Shown here: piece by piece, positions 23,540 through 35,892 of the stretch
Layout of the letters: each line of letters starts with the position of its first letter
Numbering within the stretch: position 1 is the first letter of the stretch
DNA from: Histomonas meleagridis 2922-C6/04-290x
Taxonomy: Eukaryota; Protista; Parabasalia
DNA length: 64,000 nt
Assembly (NCBI GenBank): GCA_020184695.1
Contig: JAANOX010000195.1
Location: forward strand, 1-64,000
Direction of reading: 5' to 3'
Made by a program: the position numbers and the translations under genes
The notes under the pieces: model-generated
What the model was told of the DNA's origin: nothing
The model's input: the letters and a program-made list of their open reading frames with translations, nothing else
Databases searched by the model: none

Positions 23540-24577
23540 TCACATATCTCTAACAGAGTCGAAGAATGGATGCGCCAAAGTTTCTTCTGCAGTCAATCTC
23601 TTCTTGTGATCTGCTACGAGAAGCTTATACACCAAATCCATTCCGTCGGGATCCATAAACTCTTTTCTGCTCTTCGGGAACAATGATTCGAATGGAACCT
23701 TCTTCATCGAAGATATTCTGTCGACTTTTCTCATGCTAATTTTCACGTTATATTTTGCTCCCCAATCCAAAATTTCTTTTCCGCCCAAAATATTTGCGAT
23801 TGAATCGAATACATCGTTTGAACTTTCTTCAAACACATGGATGCGACCTGAAAGTGCTTCTAATAATGAGACTCCGACTGCCCACATATCAATTGAATAA
23901 TCATATAAAGGATATCCTAAGCATACTTCAGGCGCTTTATAATAAACTGTGCCTACATGGTAACTATATTTATGTAATGGATGATAGAATTCAGCAAGTC
24001 CCCAATCTGCCAACTTAACGGTCCTCGTTTTCATATCACATAACACATTCAGCGGTTTTACATCACGGTGCATAACACCAACGCTGTGAGCGTGCGCTAG
24101 TGCTTTAACTATTGAATATATGTAGAACTTAATGTCCTCAAGAGAGAATTTGCTAAATAAATCTCTCCAATCAGAATTATCAACGGCTTCGGTGACCATT
24201 CCTGGAATACCATATTTACCATCAATGATTATATCCCATAATTCTAATATATTTTTGTTTCCTTGTACTTCATGTAATATTTTAAGTTCTCGTCGTACAC
24301 GATCTGGATTTACTGGTTTTAATAATTTGATGGCACATTTTTTTGTGTCATCTTGAAGTGAAATAAAAACATCTGAATATCTACCTGAGCCAACCCATTT
24401 GCATAGTTTGTATCTTGAAATATCCCCAAATTGAGGATTCCATATTTTAAAATCGTAATGAGATGGACCAAGATCTAAATTCACATTTGCAAAAACTCTC
24501 GAAACATATGGATGATTTGGATCAAAGCGGCCATCCTTTACTGCTTTTTCTGGTGCGAATTGGCCCAAATCGGCCAT
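23540..24577 (-). CDS. Casein kinase II alpha-like protein kinase (CMGC)
   Basis: GSGRYSDVF, HRDVKPLN, DWGLAEFYHP, YDYSIDMW and RLTAEE..AHPFFD motifs. Confidence 0.9.
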   Translation of the reverse strand: MADLGQFAPEKAVKDGRFDPNHPYVSRVFANVNLDLGPSHYDFKIWNPQFGDISRYKLCKWVGSGRYSDVFISLQDDTKKCAIKLLKPVNPDRVRRELKILHEVQGNKNILELWDIIIDGKYGIPGMVTEAVDNSDWRDLFSKFSLEDIKFYIYSIVKALAHAHSVGVMHRDVKPLNVLCDMKTRTVKLADWGLAEFYHPLHKYSYHVGTVYYKAPEVCLGYPLYDYSIDMWAVGVSLLEALSGRIHVFEESSNDVFDSIANILGGKEILDWGAKYNVKISMRKVDRISSMKKVPFESLFPKSRKEFMDPDGMDLVYKLLVADHKKRLTAEETLAHPFFDSVRDM

Positions 24578-24657
24578 AAATGAAATGTGATATGAAACAT
24601 CAAAACATTTTTTATTTAAACAAACTTACAAGATTTCTTCAAAACAATTTTTTTTTC

Positions 24658-26922
24658 TCAATTAGACAACAGTGTACTCTTATCTAACAATTCTTGTATC
24701 AATTTATGACTTGAAGTTTCTTCTTCTAATCTGGAATAATCTATGTCAGAAGGCATTTCTGGTACAACACCATATACTATTTCCCATTGACGATCAGATA
24801 TATATTCTTCATTGACCTTTTGTATCAATCCTTTCATCTCATTTGGAATTCCCATTATCATTTCTGCTTTATATGGGAAATATGAATCATCAGATTGAAA
24901 CATTATTTGATTTGGTGAACTACCTGATCCGAACGAATCCACAATTTCTTGTTGTTCAATCGAATCAATTTTTTCCGAATTTATTTGAGTGTTTTGTGGA
25001 TCGAACACAGCCATAGAACTTAAGTTATCCAACTTAGAAATCATTTTATTTTCAAGAATTTTTATCAATCCTTGAATTTCTAATGCCAGATTTTTATCGA
25101 CATTACTATTATGCATATCAATCCTTGGGATATGGATTTTGGCGTAACTACCTTGTTCTTTCATATTTATTAAGAACTGTTTAAGTGTCTGTGGGTGAAT
25201 ATCATTTTCGTCCATGTAAACCTCAGAAAGTGTTTTATTTGTTTTTAGCATTGTAAGTAAAGATGTGCATAAAGAATTCCCTGCATGGTTTTTTGTGATA
25301 TCTAATAACTTAATTGATTTGTTTTGTGAAAGTTTTTCAAGTATAGGATTTAATGATGTTGATAAAAAATGATTTAAATCTCCTGAAATACATAGTTCTT
25401 CAATCGATGAATTTGCTGCAAAAGCATTACTTAAATTCCGAATGAATGTAGTGTTTTGATCTAAACAACCATGTAATGATAAGATTTGAATTGTTGTGGA
25501 ATTCCGAATAAATTCACAAAACGGTTCTTGTAACGGATTTTTGTCAAAAAAGAACTTTTTCAATGGATTACAAACGAAGTCCGAAATGAACGAATAGAAT
25601 TTATCCCATTGAAGTGCAGTTTGATGTGCTTTCGACATAGACAATGTAAAGAAAGATGTTTTTCCATAGCTGCTTGCAATTGCTTTGAGTATTTTTTCCA
25701 TTACTCCAGCAATGAATTCAACGTTGTCCATATGAAGTGCGGCTAAATTTTTTGGCAAGATTATATCATCATTTAATGTAGAAATAAATCTATTCCCGGA
25801 CAATCTAAGCTCAACAAGAGATTGATTAGGATCATTTGTGAAATATTCAAACACTTTTGTTAGATCAATTGAACAATTCTCTGCAATTAATGTCTGTAAG
25901 TCAGGCAAAGAATCTAAAATTTCAGGGATTTGTATGAATTTACAACCACATAGTGAAAGTGTATGTAATGATTGGAATCCATTATTCGAACACATTAAAG
26001 AATGTAATGTTTGATACCCCTTAAGAGTGAGGCCATTAGATATTGCGAGGCTTTGGAAAACACCTTTTTCGATTGTATGTGAAATTGAGAAAACAAAATC
26101 TTCATTAAAAGTATTTTCATAAAAGCCAATGTTTCGGAGTTTAGACGATTTAAGTTCATAAAGAGCGTTAATAAAAGTTTTAAATTTTGGAGTAATGGCT
26201 TCGTAAGTTTCGAGTGTAGATATCGTTTGATTGATAGAAAGAAAGTCAATAAGATAGCCCCAATATTCTCTGTCATCATTAGCATGTGGAATTATGATAC
26301 GATTAATGCTTGGGAGAAAACAAAGAGCATCTAAAATCATATCTGTGTATTCAAAATATTCAATAAAATATCGGAAGTTGATGTAATGCTTCGCAGAAGA
26401 AACGCCTTGGATAAGTTTTGTAATCTTAGTAATAAGTTTTTGTGGAACTTTTCGAGATGATATATAACCATTGAATTTGATTCGTTTAAGCATGGCATCT
26501 TTCGGAACTCGATAGCCATCAAGATATGATTTTTCGAAGTCAAAAGTGGGAAGTTCTGATCGAGGAATAATAGATTTGATGTGATGAGCAAGTAATACTA
26601 GAATTTCAACAGAATGGGGATCTTTAAACACAACATTACGTCCATTACTAGCCTGAAGTTGAAATGAATTTGGGTCATCTGATTTTATTGAATTTATTTC
26701 GTCCCATCTTAATTGAAGAATTAACTTAATAGATTTTTTAAAAGGAGAAAATGGACTATTTTTGAAAATGTTTAAATGATAAAGAGTTCCAACAATTGCA
26801 CAATCTGATATATTTGTGTTCATATAAATTGATTTTACTTTTTGAGCAAAAAAAGCAGTATCAGCCCCAAATATACAATTTAGATCCGTAACTTGACGAA
26901 TCAAAGAAGATGACACTTGCAT
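24658..26922 (-). CDS. RNI-like leucine-rich-repeat protein (CARMIL-like architecture)
   Basis: Repeats such as LVELRLSGN, IEELCISG and IKLLDITKNHAGN, after a PH-like N-terminus. Confidence 0.7.
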   Translation of the reverse strand: MQVSSSLIRQVTDLNCIFGADTAFFAQKVKSIYMNTNISDCAIVGTLYHLNIFKNSPFSPFKKSIKLILQLRWDEINSIKSDDPNSFQLQASNGRNVVFKDPHSVEILVLLAHHIKSIIPRSELPTFDFEKSYLDGYRVPKDAMLKRIKFNGYISSRKVPQKLITKITKLIQGVSSAKHYINFRYFIEYFEYTDMILDALCFLPSINRIIIPHANDDREYWGYLIDFLSINQTISTLETYEAITPKFKTFINALYELKSSKLRNIGFYENTFNEDFVFSISHTIEKGVFQSLAISNGLTLKGYQTLHSLMCSNNGFQSLHTLSLCGCKFIQIPEILDSLPDLQTLIAENCSIDLTKVFEYFTNDPNQSLVELRLSGNRFISTLNDDIILPKNLAALHMDNVEFIAGVMEKILKAIASSYGKTSFFTLSMSKAHQTALQWDKFYSFISDFVCNPLKKFFFDKNPLQEPFCEFIRNSTTIQILSLHGCLDQNTTFIRNLSNAFAANSSIEELCISGDLNHFLSTSLNPILEKLSQNKSIKLLDITKNHAGNSLCTSLLTMLKTNKTLSEVYMDENDIHPQTLKQFLINMKEQGSYAKIHIPRIDMHNSNVDKNLALEIQGLIKILENKMISKLDNLSSMAVFDPQNTQINSEKIDSIEQQEIVDSFGSGSSPNQIMFQSDDSYFPYKAEMIMGIPNEMKGLIQKVNEEYISDRQWEIVYGVVPEMPSDIDYSRLEEETSSHKLIQELLDKSTLLSN

Positions 26923-27110
26923 ATTTGGCTTCTTAAGATGTTTTTATTCTTTTTCCTATTAGATTTTAAGTTTTTTGTAAAGCATAAAAACGTTTTTTAA
27001 CGTATTTTACTGTTGAGCCAATTGACAACCACTGCATAAACCATTGAACGCTGATGCTACAGAAACATTTTGGCTATTGATTTTTGAATAAAACCGTTTT
27101 ATTTCTAGTA

Positions 27111-27692
27111 ATGACATCAATCGAAGCCAAAGTTGTTCTTCTTGGTGCAACAAATGTAGGGAAAACATGCCTTGTAACCCGCGCTACATCCGATTTGTTC
27201 GATTCTGAGCAAGCTTCAACAGTAGGTGCATCATTTTTCGCAAAAACTATTCAAACCGAACAAGCTCGTGTTACCCTTCGTATTTGGGATACAGCAGGTC
27301 AAGAAAGGTTTAGGTCACTTGCTCCAATGTACTATCAAGGTTCACAAGCAGCAATTATTGTTTTTTCATTAACTGAGCCTGAATCTTTAGATGCTGCCTT
27401 CGAATGGTATGATGAAGTTCGATCGCACTTCGAAGTCCTCCCATTAATTTACCTTGTCGGAAACAAATCTGATCTTGCTGACGAAAGAAAAGTCACAAAC
27501 GAAGAAGCAAGCACTAAAGCCGAAAAAATCAAGGCATTTTACTTTGAAACATCAGCCAAAAACGGCCAAAATATTGACGAGTTATTTGAAGATATTGCTG
27601 ACCGTGTTCAATCAATTGATGTTAAAAAGGATGCGGTTGATATCGGCGGAAACGAAAACGAAAACCCGGATAAAAAGAAGCCATGTTGCTAA
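27111..27692 (+). CDS. Rab-family small GTPase
   Basis: GATNVGKT, WDTAGQERF, NKSD and ETSAK motifs, C-terminal CC. ATG at 27111. Confidence 0.95.
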   Translation: MTSIEAKVVLLGATNVGKTCLVTRATSDLFDSEQASTVGASFFAKTIQTEQARVTLRIWDTAGQERFRSLAPMYYQGSQAAIIVFSLTEPESLDAAFEWYDEVRSHFEVLPLIYLVGNKSDLADERKVTNEEASTKAEKIKAFYFETSAKNGQNIDELFEDIADRVQSIDVKKDAVDIGGNENENPDKKKPCC

Positions 27693-27837
27693 GTTTCAAC
27701 TAAAATATTTTCATTGGATTTTCACTTTTTTACACAATAAACGTTCTCGTTATTCTCAAAAAATAACGCATAATTCATTCAATTTCTCTGTGTGTCAAAC
27801 TCCGGTTAAGTAAACTTATCAAAAACGTGTAAAAAAA

Positions 27838-29053
27838 ATGAATTTCACGATTTTTGGGCTCACCGCGATTCATATGTCAACATCACCAATGTTTACAAAA
27901 CCATCTTTAACTATTAAGCGCTGTGAGTTTCATAAATTTTTTAATAATATTTATTTTGGACCAAAAATCGAAGTTATTCAAAGTAAGTTTCAAAAAGGAA
28001 TTTCATCAGCCATTCATGTTGAAAGTGTTATTTATACAGAACCATATAATTCTACCGGTATTTCACTTGACGAAGTTCAATTTTATCTCGTTCGTTCAAG
28101 TAATCTCACCCATTGTTTATGCCAACAATCAAGGTAATGTTTATTCATCGATTTCACAATGTATTTTTTATCAATGTTCCACGAACTCAAATTCTCTTGT
28201 TGAAATTGTGTCCAGTCCTATAGTTCAAATTAACGGCACATGTTTTTATGAATGTTCATCTGAAACAGTTTCTACTATTTTTATTAATAGTACATCTACA
28301 CGATCTAATATTATTCAATTTGTTACAACAGTTTCATGTTCATCCAAATTTAGTGTTTATTCGTTTATAGGGACGACATTTAATCTTCGGAACATTAACA
28401 CGACCAAAGAAGACGGGAACATGCACTGTTATTACTTTTCGAGTCTCAGCAACACGATTTCGTATTCGGACATTAGTTACGATTCATTCAGCGAAAGCAT
28501 TTTTTTGTATGGTGACTGCGAAAGTAATCACATCATAACATATAATAACATTTACAATGTCACGAGTTCGTATTATATTGTTAGCGATTCGTCTGAAAAG
28601 ATTGGAATTACGATTACGTTGACATCGCTCATTGACAATTACATCAGCGACGAAACTTTTTTCTGCATTAGTAACAATACGATTATTACATTTAGCGAAA
28701 GTTTAATTAGTGACGAAATTCAGCGACTAAACAGTTCGCGAATTATCATTAACAATTGTAAATTCGAAGACAGCGAAAATATGCGAACGAATTACTTCCT
28801 GAACACGATTTACTGCGAAGCGCCGATTGAAGTCATCGACGAAAATGTTCTCTTAAATCGTCTGAGCAACGAAGAAGTTATCCTTTTGATTGTTGTTTGC
28901 GTTGCAGTTGTTGCAGAACTTGCGGAAGTGCTTTTGTATCTGTACCGAAAGAGTAACGAAAACGAAAGCGAAGAAGTGAGCGAATACGAAGAAGAGTGCG
29001 TTTACTATGAAACATTCGATATGAATCCGCTGCAGAACACAGAGTACATCTGA
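27838..29053 (+). pseudogene. Single-pass membrane protein, copy 1 (net +1 frameshift near 28085-28115)
   Basis: ORFs 27838-28137 and 27923-29053 join when compared with the inverted copy. C-terminal TM helix and acidic tail. Confidence 0.7.
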
Positions 29054-29120
29054 GTGCGAATGCGAATGTGAATGCGAATTATTTGTAAATAAAATGTTTC
29101 GTAACTTTCAATTGCGAATT

Positions 29121-30315
29121 AGTGAAATGTTTGGAATTAATAAATAAATTTAATTTACGTAATCAGCGCAGCAGCGAAACAACTTAAGAAATGTGCGACG
29201 CGATGCACAGATAACGTGCAAATAAGTGAAATGTTTGGAATTAATAAATAAATTTAATTTACGTAATCAGCGCAGCAGCGAAACAACTTAAGAAATGTGC
29301 GACGCGATGCACAGATAACGTGCAAATAAGTGAAATGTTTGGAATTAATAAATAAATTTAATTTACGTAATCAGCGCAGCAGCGAAACAACTTAAGAAAT
29401 GTGCGACGCGATGCACAGATAACGTGCAAATAAGTGAAATGTTTGGAATTAATAAATAAATTTAATTTACGTAATCAGCGCAGCAGCGAAACAACTTAAG
29501 AAATGTGCGACGCGATGCACAGATAACGTGCAAATAAGTGAAATGTTTGGAATTAATAAATAAATTTAATTTACGTAACTGCAGCGCAGCAGCGAAACAA
29601 CTTAAGAAATGTGCGACGCGATGCACAGATAACGTGCAAATAAGTGAAATGTTTGGAATTAATAAATAAATTTAATTTACGTAATCAGCGCAGCAGCGAA
29701 ACAACTTAAGAAGTGTGCGACGCGATGCACAGATAACGTGCAAATAAGTGAAATGTTTGGAATTAATAAATAAATTTAATTTACGTAATCAGCGCAGCAG
29801 CGAAACAACTTAAGAAATGTGCGACGCGATGCACAGATAACGTGCAAATAAGTGAAATGTTTGGAATTAATAAATAAATTTAATTTACGTAATCAGCGCA
29901 GCAGCGAAACAACTTAAGAAATGTGCGACGCGATGCACAGATAACGTGCAAATAAGTGAAATGTTTGGAATTAATAAATAAATTTAATTTACGTAATCAG
30001 CGCAGCAGCGAAACAACTTAAGAAATGTGCGACGCGATGCACAGATAACTGCAAATAAGTGAAATGTTTGGAATTAATAAATAAATTTAATTTACGTAAT
30101 CAGCGCAGCAGCGAAACAACTTAAGAAGTGTGCGACGCGATGCACAGATAACGTGCAAATAAGTGAAATGTTTGGAATTAATAAATAAATTTAATTTACG
30201 TAATCAGCGCAGCAGCGAAACAACTTAAGAAATGTGCGACGCGATGCACAGATAACGTGCAAATAAGTGAAATGTTTGGAATTAATAAATAAATTTAATT
30301 TACGTAATCAGCGCA
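29121..30315 (+). repeat. Tandem array of 104-bp units, (A50-B54)x11 plus a final A50
   Basis: Unit starts at 29121, 29225, 29329, 29433, 29537, 29643, 29747, 29851, 29955, 30058, 30162 and 30266. Units are near-identical. Confidence 0.97.
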
Positions 30316-30473
30316 TTGTTGAACCATTATAAGAAGTTTATAATGTTATGCCATCGCCAACAAACGACATTTAGAATGTTAAATTTCGGCAAATTATACA
30401 CTTTAGTAACATATCTTTAAGTTGTTTGATCATGATATAAAATAAAAATAAAAACTTTTTATTTATTATTTCA

Positions 30474-33033
30474 CTAATTAGAGAGCGTTAAGTTCCATTC
30501 GCCTGTTTCATTCACAATCGGAACATTCAGTAGTTCTGTTGATATAGTTCCACACAAAGGGCAGTCGCTGCCAATGATTTCGTAAAGTTTCTGACGCTGA
30601 TTTTCGTCATTCATTGATTGGTTCTCGAGTTCGATGATTTCCAATTTCTTATTCTTGTAAATGGAAATATAATTATTGATTAAACACTTGCGATGAAACA
30701 CGTGTCCGCATTCGAATTCGAAATATTCGCTTTCGGTAATATTTAAATTACATTCGTTACAGTAAACATTATGATTTTGTTGCTGTTGTTGTTGTTGATA
30801 ATTATTGTTCAGTTCGAATTGTTCGTTCCAATTCTCGATCTCTGTAAGTAAACTGACGTTTTTCTTTAGACTTTTTCGTTAAGTTTTTAATAGTGTCCAA
30901 AACATTCTCTAACTCATTAACAATTTCCGTTTTCGATAAATTCTCAGTGTTAAGCGTTTCTTCTTTAGTTTTACTTCGATATAACATTTTATGATAAAAT
31001 TCTTGAATTTGATTTTCATATTCTTTCGATATTTTAGAATTAATATCTTTCGTGGTTTGATACGCTTCGTAATAAAGTCCAATTTGCGATGAGAAATATG
31101 AAGACGTCAAATAAAATTTGGATTTCTTTAACGCATTAATTAAGATAAATGGTTCTGAAATACTTAAACTATTAATGTTACTTAATTGTTCATAAATATT
31201 TGAATCATATTCTTGTGATCCTTGATTATGACTTAAATGAAGTAAAAATTCAAATATCATTTTGTTGTTATGGATTTGAATCGATTGTTGTAAATTATTA
31301 TAAAGAATTTCATTGTTTAAATATTCACTTAAAAATGGTAAAATTTGTGTTAATGTTTTATAATCAATTAAATTATTCGAAATAAATGGTATAAATGATT
31401 TCGGTGATCGAATAGAAATACTTGGAATTAAATAATAATATTCGGAATTTTGATAAACTTGTTCAATAAATTCTGAATAACGCTCTTGATAAATTAATTC
31501 TAAAAAAATCGATTTCGTTTTCGGTGTATTAGTAAAAAATTCTTGATTATGAATCGATTCAAATATATTAGAAAACGCACGCATTTTAATTAAATGCATA
31601 GCAATATTATAAATATCAATTTCATTAGTAGAAATTAAACTATGAATTTTAAAATTGTCATTTTTGTTTTTATTACTTTGTTCTGATAAATAATATATCT
31701 CAAATTCAAATATTAAAAATTGTAATAATATTTGTGATTTAGAATCGCGAATTTGTGTAATTAAATTACTTAAAAATTTATTAACTAAATCCCATTGATT
31801 ATTATGAATTAATCGAAATAACACTTCACATGGTTGACATTTATCACTCGATTTAACTTCTCGAATATGTTGTTCACGAATAAATTTCGTAGTTAATACT
31901 TTAGCTGGTGAACTTTCATTTTCATATGAAATTCGAAAAATATATTGTTGTGATAATACATTAAAATAATCACCTGAATAATCGGGATTCATAGATAATA
32001 CTTGATAACCAAGAAATGGATAACGAAATGCAAGTTTACCATTATCTAAACAAATGGCTATAATATAATTATTAGATAATAAAATACTATGATAATGCGT
32101 TAATAATATTCGTGGTGATGTATCCATTTTACCAACTAAACTCGTAACTTCATCTTCTAATACATTAGAAATCTTTTGTGTAGAAAGTCGAAGAATATTT
32201 TTATGTTCTTCTTTAAAATTAAATAATTTCTTTTAATAGGAATTATAAATAAATTAAATTCTGTTAACCATGTTAAATGTGTTTCATTACAAACAATATA
32301 TGATGGAAATTTATGCCCATTTAAATTTTCGTTTTCATTAAATATTTTCGTAATGTTCTTACATTGAATATTTTGTTGCATAATTTCTTGAATTGAAAGA
32401 TAATATAAATCTAAATAAATAGAAATAATTAAATATGCATTATTATTATAATAAAAATATGGATAAACTTGAAATTGGTTCATTTTGTTTTTGAACTTTA
32501 AATTGTGTAACTAAATGAAATGAAATATTATATTGTTGTTGTGAAAATTCAATAACATGAATCTCACCATTATTAGTGCCTGCTATAATATAATGTGAAT
32601 TATTATATGTAATACTTTGAATAGCTGACCAATGAAATGACCGATCTTGTGAAACTGGATGAACTCGTCCATTAGGTGTGACTAAAAATAAATGATATCG
32701 TTCAGCTACTACTATAAATAAATTACCTTCTTTAACTGGAATAATGTTTTGAATACGATCTTTAAACTCGTGTGTAAACTCTTGACGTTTAAGTGGATTT
32801 TCTGGATTATAACGCCATAATAAAATATTACCATTTAATGATCGTAATGAATATGGACCTTTTTGAACATAATGTGAAATACTTGAAAAATTACTGGTCT
32901 TATTAATCTTTTCTAAACGTCGAACTGTAAATGGTGGTGATTTCTCCCCAAAAACCCATCGGCGTTTGGCACTAATATTTTCTTTTTCAATCGTTTCATT
33001 GTTAGTAAATGCTGAATCAAATCCAAAATCCAT
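30474..33033 (-). pseudogene. Vps18/Pep3-like protein with C-terminal RING, copy 1 (homopolymer frameshifts, possibly sequencing errors)
   Basis: Four ORF pieces join via extra bases in homopolymer runs (about 32455, 32230 x2, 30860). C-terminus CNEC...FECGHVFHRKCL...DCPLCG..P resembles the Vps18 RING. Confidence 0.65.
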
Positions 33034-34284
33034 TTTTTTTTGTTACTTTTACTGGCAGTGACCGTTTAATATATTAAGAATACGTTAATAATCATTCTTT
33101 GTTTTATTTTGTTTATTTGTTTGAAAATTGTGACTGATGCATTGATCAATGTTATTATTCTTCATTTGACAATTGATATCCATTTGATATTTCAAATAAT
33201 GTACATTAATATAAATTTAATATAATTTCGGATTCTGCAATTACATAATACATATTTAAGAACATAATTGGGGTAAGCGGTCAATATTTAAAGTATAATC
33301 AAAATTTCCTGGTCGTCCAGCAGTGGAAATGAATCGCTCTATGCTTTTTTTTATGAATCTGCAATATAAATATAGAATTATAAGAAAATCTGTCGAAAAA
33401 TTTTTGTGCGTGATTGGTAAACCCATTTCACAACATGCTCCAGTGAGTGATATAAAAATTCTTTTTTACATTACCGCTTGAATTTGTAACTGAATATTTA
33501 GATCACTGTAAAGACAAAAATAAATGTAAATTCTTAATAATTTGATCATTTTAATGTAACTATATTTTTTCAATGATGAATATTATAAATATTGTTTAAT
33601 TTTTCTAAATATAAATATGTCATTTTGCCTTTAAAGCAAATATCAATTGTTTTTCACTCGGCAAATATTTGCACATATGTCATTGCAAGAGACTAAGCAT
33701 TAAAAATATGGATTTTCATCAATAATATCTTTTTTAAAGAAAAATGTTGAAGGTAAAGCTTCTATATGATGTAAATTTTAAAAAAATTTAAAATTTCTCA
33801 CACATTGATTAATAATAAGTATTCTCCAAATACACAACAAAAATGTTCATTCGAATTCAAATATAATAAAAAAATTATATACTCTACGAATTCATCAAGT
33901 TTTTTTTATAAATTTTATAAAATGCTTTGACTGAAATCATTAGAAAACATATTATCCAAACCTCTTTCATCTTCATAGTTATAATTAATAAAATTTGTGT
34001 TTTTCTTGTAATTATCTCAATATTTTCATATAATATAATTTTTCCTTGATCAAAATATATATTTTTCTCAATTATTACATTTCCTCATATGAGTATTATG
34101 TCTAAAATTTTGTTTTGTACTGCATACAAAAAAGTCATAATGAACCCACTAAATTTAATGAAAATGGTCAAGTACAAAGAACAAATAAGCGCTAAAATCA
34201 AAATATCATTTTGTAACATCTTCCAAATCTTCCAATATTGTATAGATTCATATATTTATTGATTTTGATGTTTATTCATTTCAA

Positions 34285-35892
34285 TTAATTCTCTTGTTTA
34301 TCATTTTCAAAAGGATCTTTCTCATTTTTATCAAATAATGGTGCTACATCTTCTTTTTCAAACTTATTTAATATATCCACTTTTTTCTTATGACTTATTA
34401 TAAATATTAATGCAATTACAGCACATAAGACAATCAATGCAATTGCAATAAAAAGAACTGCTGTTGTTACTTTTGATATCTTTTTTCCTTCGGAATTAAT
34501 TGAAATGTTTGATATAGATTCGTTAATATTTGGTGATTGTGTTGGAATTGGTGGTATTGCACATGTTTGAGTTTTACCAAAATTTCCTGCGTTATCAACT
34601 GGGCATATGTGGAAATATCTTCCAAAATCGAATTTATTTAAAGGAATTTCTTTCTTTGTAGTTACTTTATATTTCTTTAAATATTCAGTAATTTCGGTAT
34701 TTTCGACAGAATCGATAATATAAAGATATTCTTTGATATCTGTTATAACGTTAATAGTTTTTTCTTTTGTTTCTGCTATATTTTTACCAGCTTCATCGTG
34801 TGCAACTACTTTATACGTATATTCGGTTCCTTTATCAACACCTTCCCAAGTAACATGATATGGTTTCGAATAACAATCAACTTTAACATCTGGTGGATTT
34901 GCATCGACTGCTGTTAAATCAATAAAATTTTCATCTGTAGTTTTTTGTATAAGATATGTTAATGTATTTGCTAAAATTTTTAATTCAATTTCATTAACAT
35001 TCATTTCAAAAGATCCCATTTGTATTATAGCCGTATTATCTTTTGTAACTAAATAAAAAGTTTCATCATTTTTGTCGGCTTTATACCATAAATCTCCATC
35101 AGTAACTTTTCCTTCTGAAATCCATTGCTGAGTAAAAATATAAGAATTTTCTGATAATTGGATTTCATAAGGATAAGTTGAAGTAATTCCATCAATATTT
35201 GGCGTTATCTGGTTATATTGTGAAGTTGCTGGTCTATCTACTTTTAATCCAAACTTTTCTTGTATTAAATTAAACCCTTTTCCTTGAAAAACTGATGAAA
35301 TTGCATTATTACATAGAAGAACACCATTACACATTTCAATATATGGTATAACTAATGAATTAATTTCATGATCAGCAAGTGTTAAATATCCATTATATTC
35401 CCACATACCAAACACAATTATATCATAACCTTTAAGATCTTCTAATGTAAGGTGATTAAATGTATCAAAATTGTATTGCTCAACATGAACTTTTCCATCA
35501 AGAAGTGGCGAAAATTTTTGAGGGACATTCGTATCTAAAACGCCACCTTCTAACCATAACCTGAAAACTTGTGATGCAACATATAATCTAGAAGTTGTAT
35601 CAGAACTCATTTTCATATTCCATTCTGGTATTGAATAACCTCCAGTTGAAACATTTATAACATTAACTGATTTAGTATCATATGGATAAAAATTTATAAT
35701 TTTTATTTGTTTGTCTTTTGTATATGTACTGATTCGTCTCCATTTTCCAGATGTCTTTTTAGATATTGTATAAAAATTTTTGTTTGGCTCTTTCTCCCAA
35801 CTTAATTCAACACTTCCTTTTATATTTTGGGTATTTACACTTAAACTTAATTCAAATTCACACTTTACAAAAATAATAAATATCGTAATCAT
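34285..35892 (-). CDS. Type I membrane protein with DUF5057-like/FN3-like ectodomain
   Basis: Short leader, IKIINFYP...LWLEGG...YDIIVFGMW...GVLL segment, D.NPP and YTYKVVAHD motifs, C-terminal TM helix and acidic tail. Domain call is from recalled motif similarity. Confidence 0.6.
   Translation of the reverse strand: MITIFIIFVKCEFELSLSVNTQNIKGSVELSWEKEPNKNFYTISKKTSGKWRRISTYTKDKQIKIINFYPYDTKSVNVINVSTGGYSIPEWNMKMSSDTTSRLYVASQVFRLWLEGGVLDTNVPQKFSPLLDGKVHVEQYNFDTFNHLTLEDLKGYDIIVFGMWEYNGYLTLADHEINSLVIPYIEMCNGVLLCNNAISSVFQGKGFNLIQEKFGLKVDRPATSQYNQITPNIDGITSTYPYEIQLSENSYIFTQQWISEGKVTDGDLWYKADKNDETFYLVTKDNTAIIQMGSFEMNVNEIELKILANTLTYLIQKTTDENFIDLTAVDANPPDVKVDCYSKPYHVTWEGVDKGTEYTYKVVAHDEAGKNIAETKEKTINVITDIKEYLYIIDSVENTEITEYLKKYKVTTKKEIPLNKFDFGRYFHICPVDNAGNFGKTQTCAIPPIPTQSPNINESISNISINSEGKKISKVTTAVLFIAIALIVLCAVIALIFIISHKKKVDILNKFEKEDVAPLFDKNEKDPFENDKQEN

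Larger units (their letters stand above)
27810..33244. repeat. Left arm of inverted segmental duplication (pairs with 38472-42570)
   Basis: Reverse-complement identity from GTAAACTTATC (27810 pairs with 42570) to TTAC (33244 pairs with 38472). Contains two convergent genes. Confidence 0.95.

Noticed and set aside
29121-30315. CRISPR-like repeat-spacer architecture
   Set aside because: The spacers (B) are identical, the repeat is 50 bp, there are no cas genes and the context is eukaryotic. It is a tandem array.
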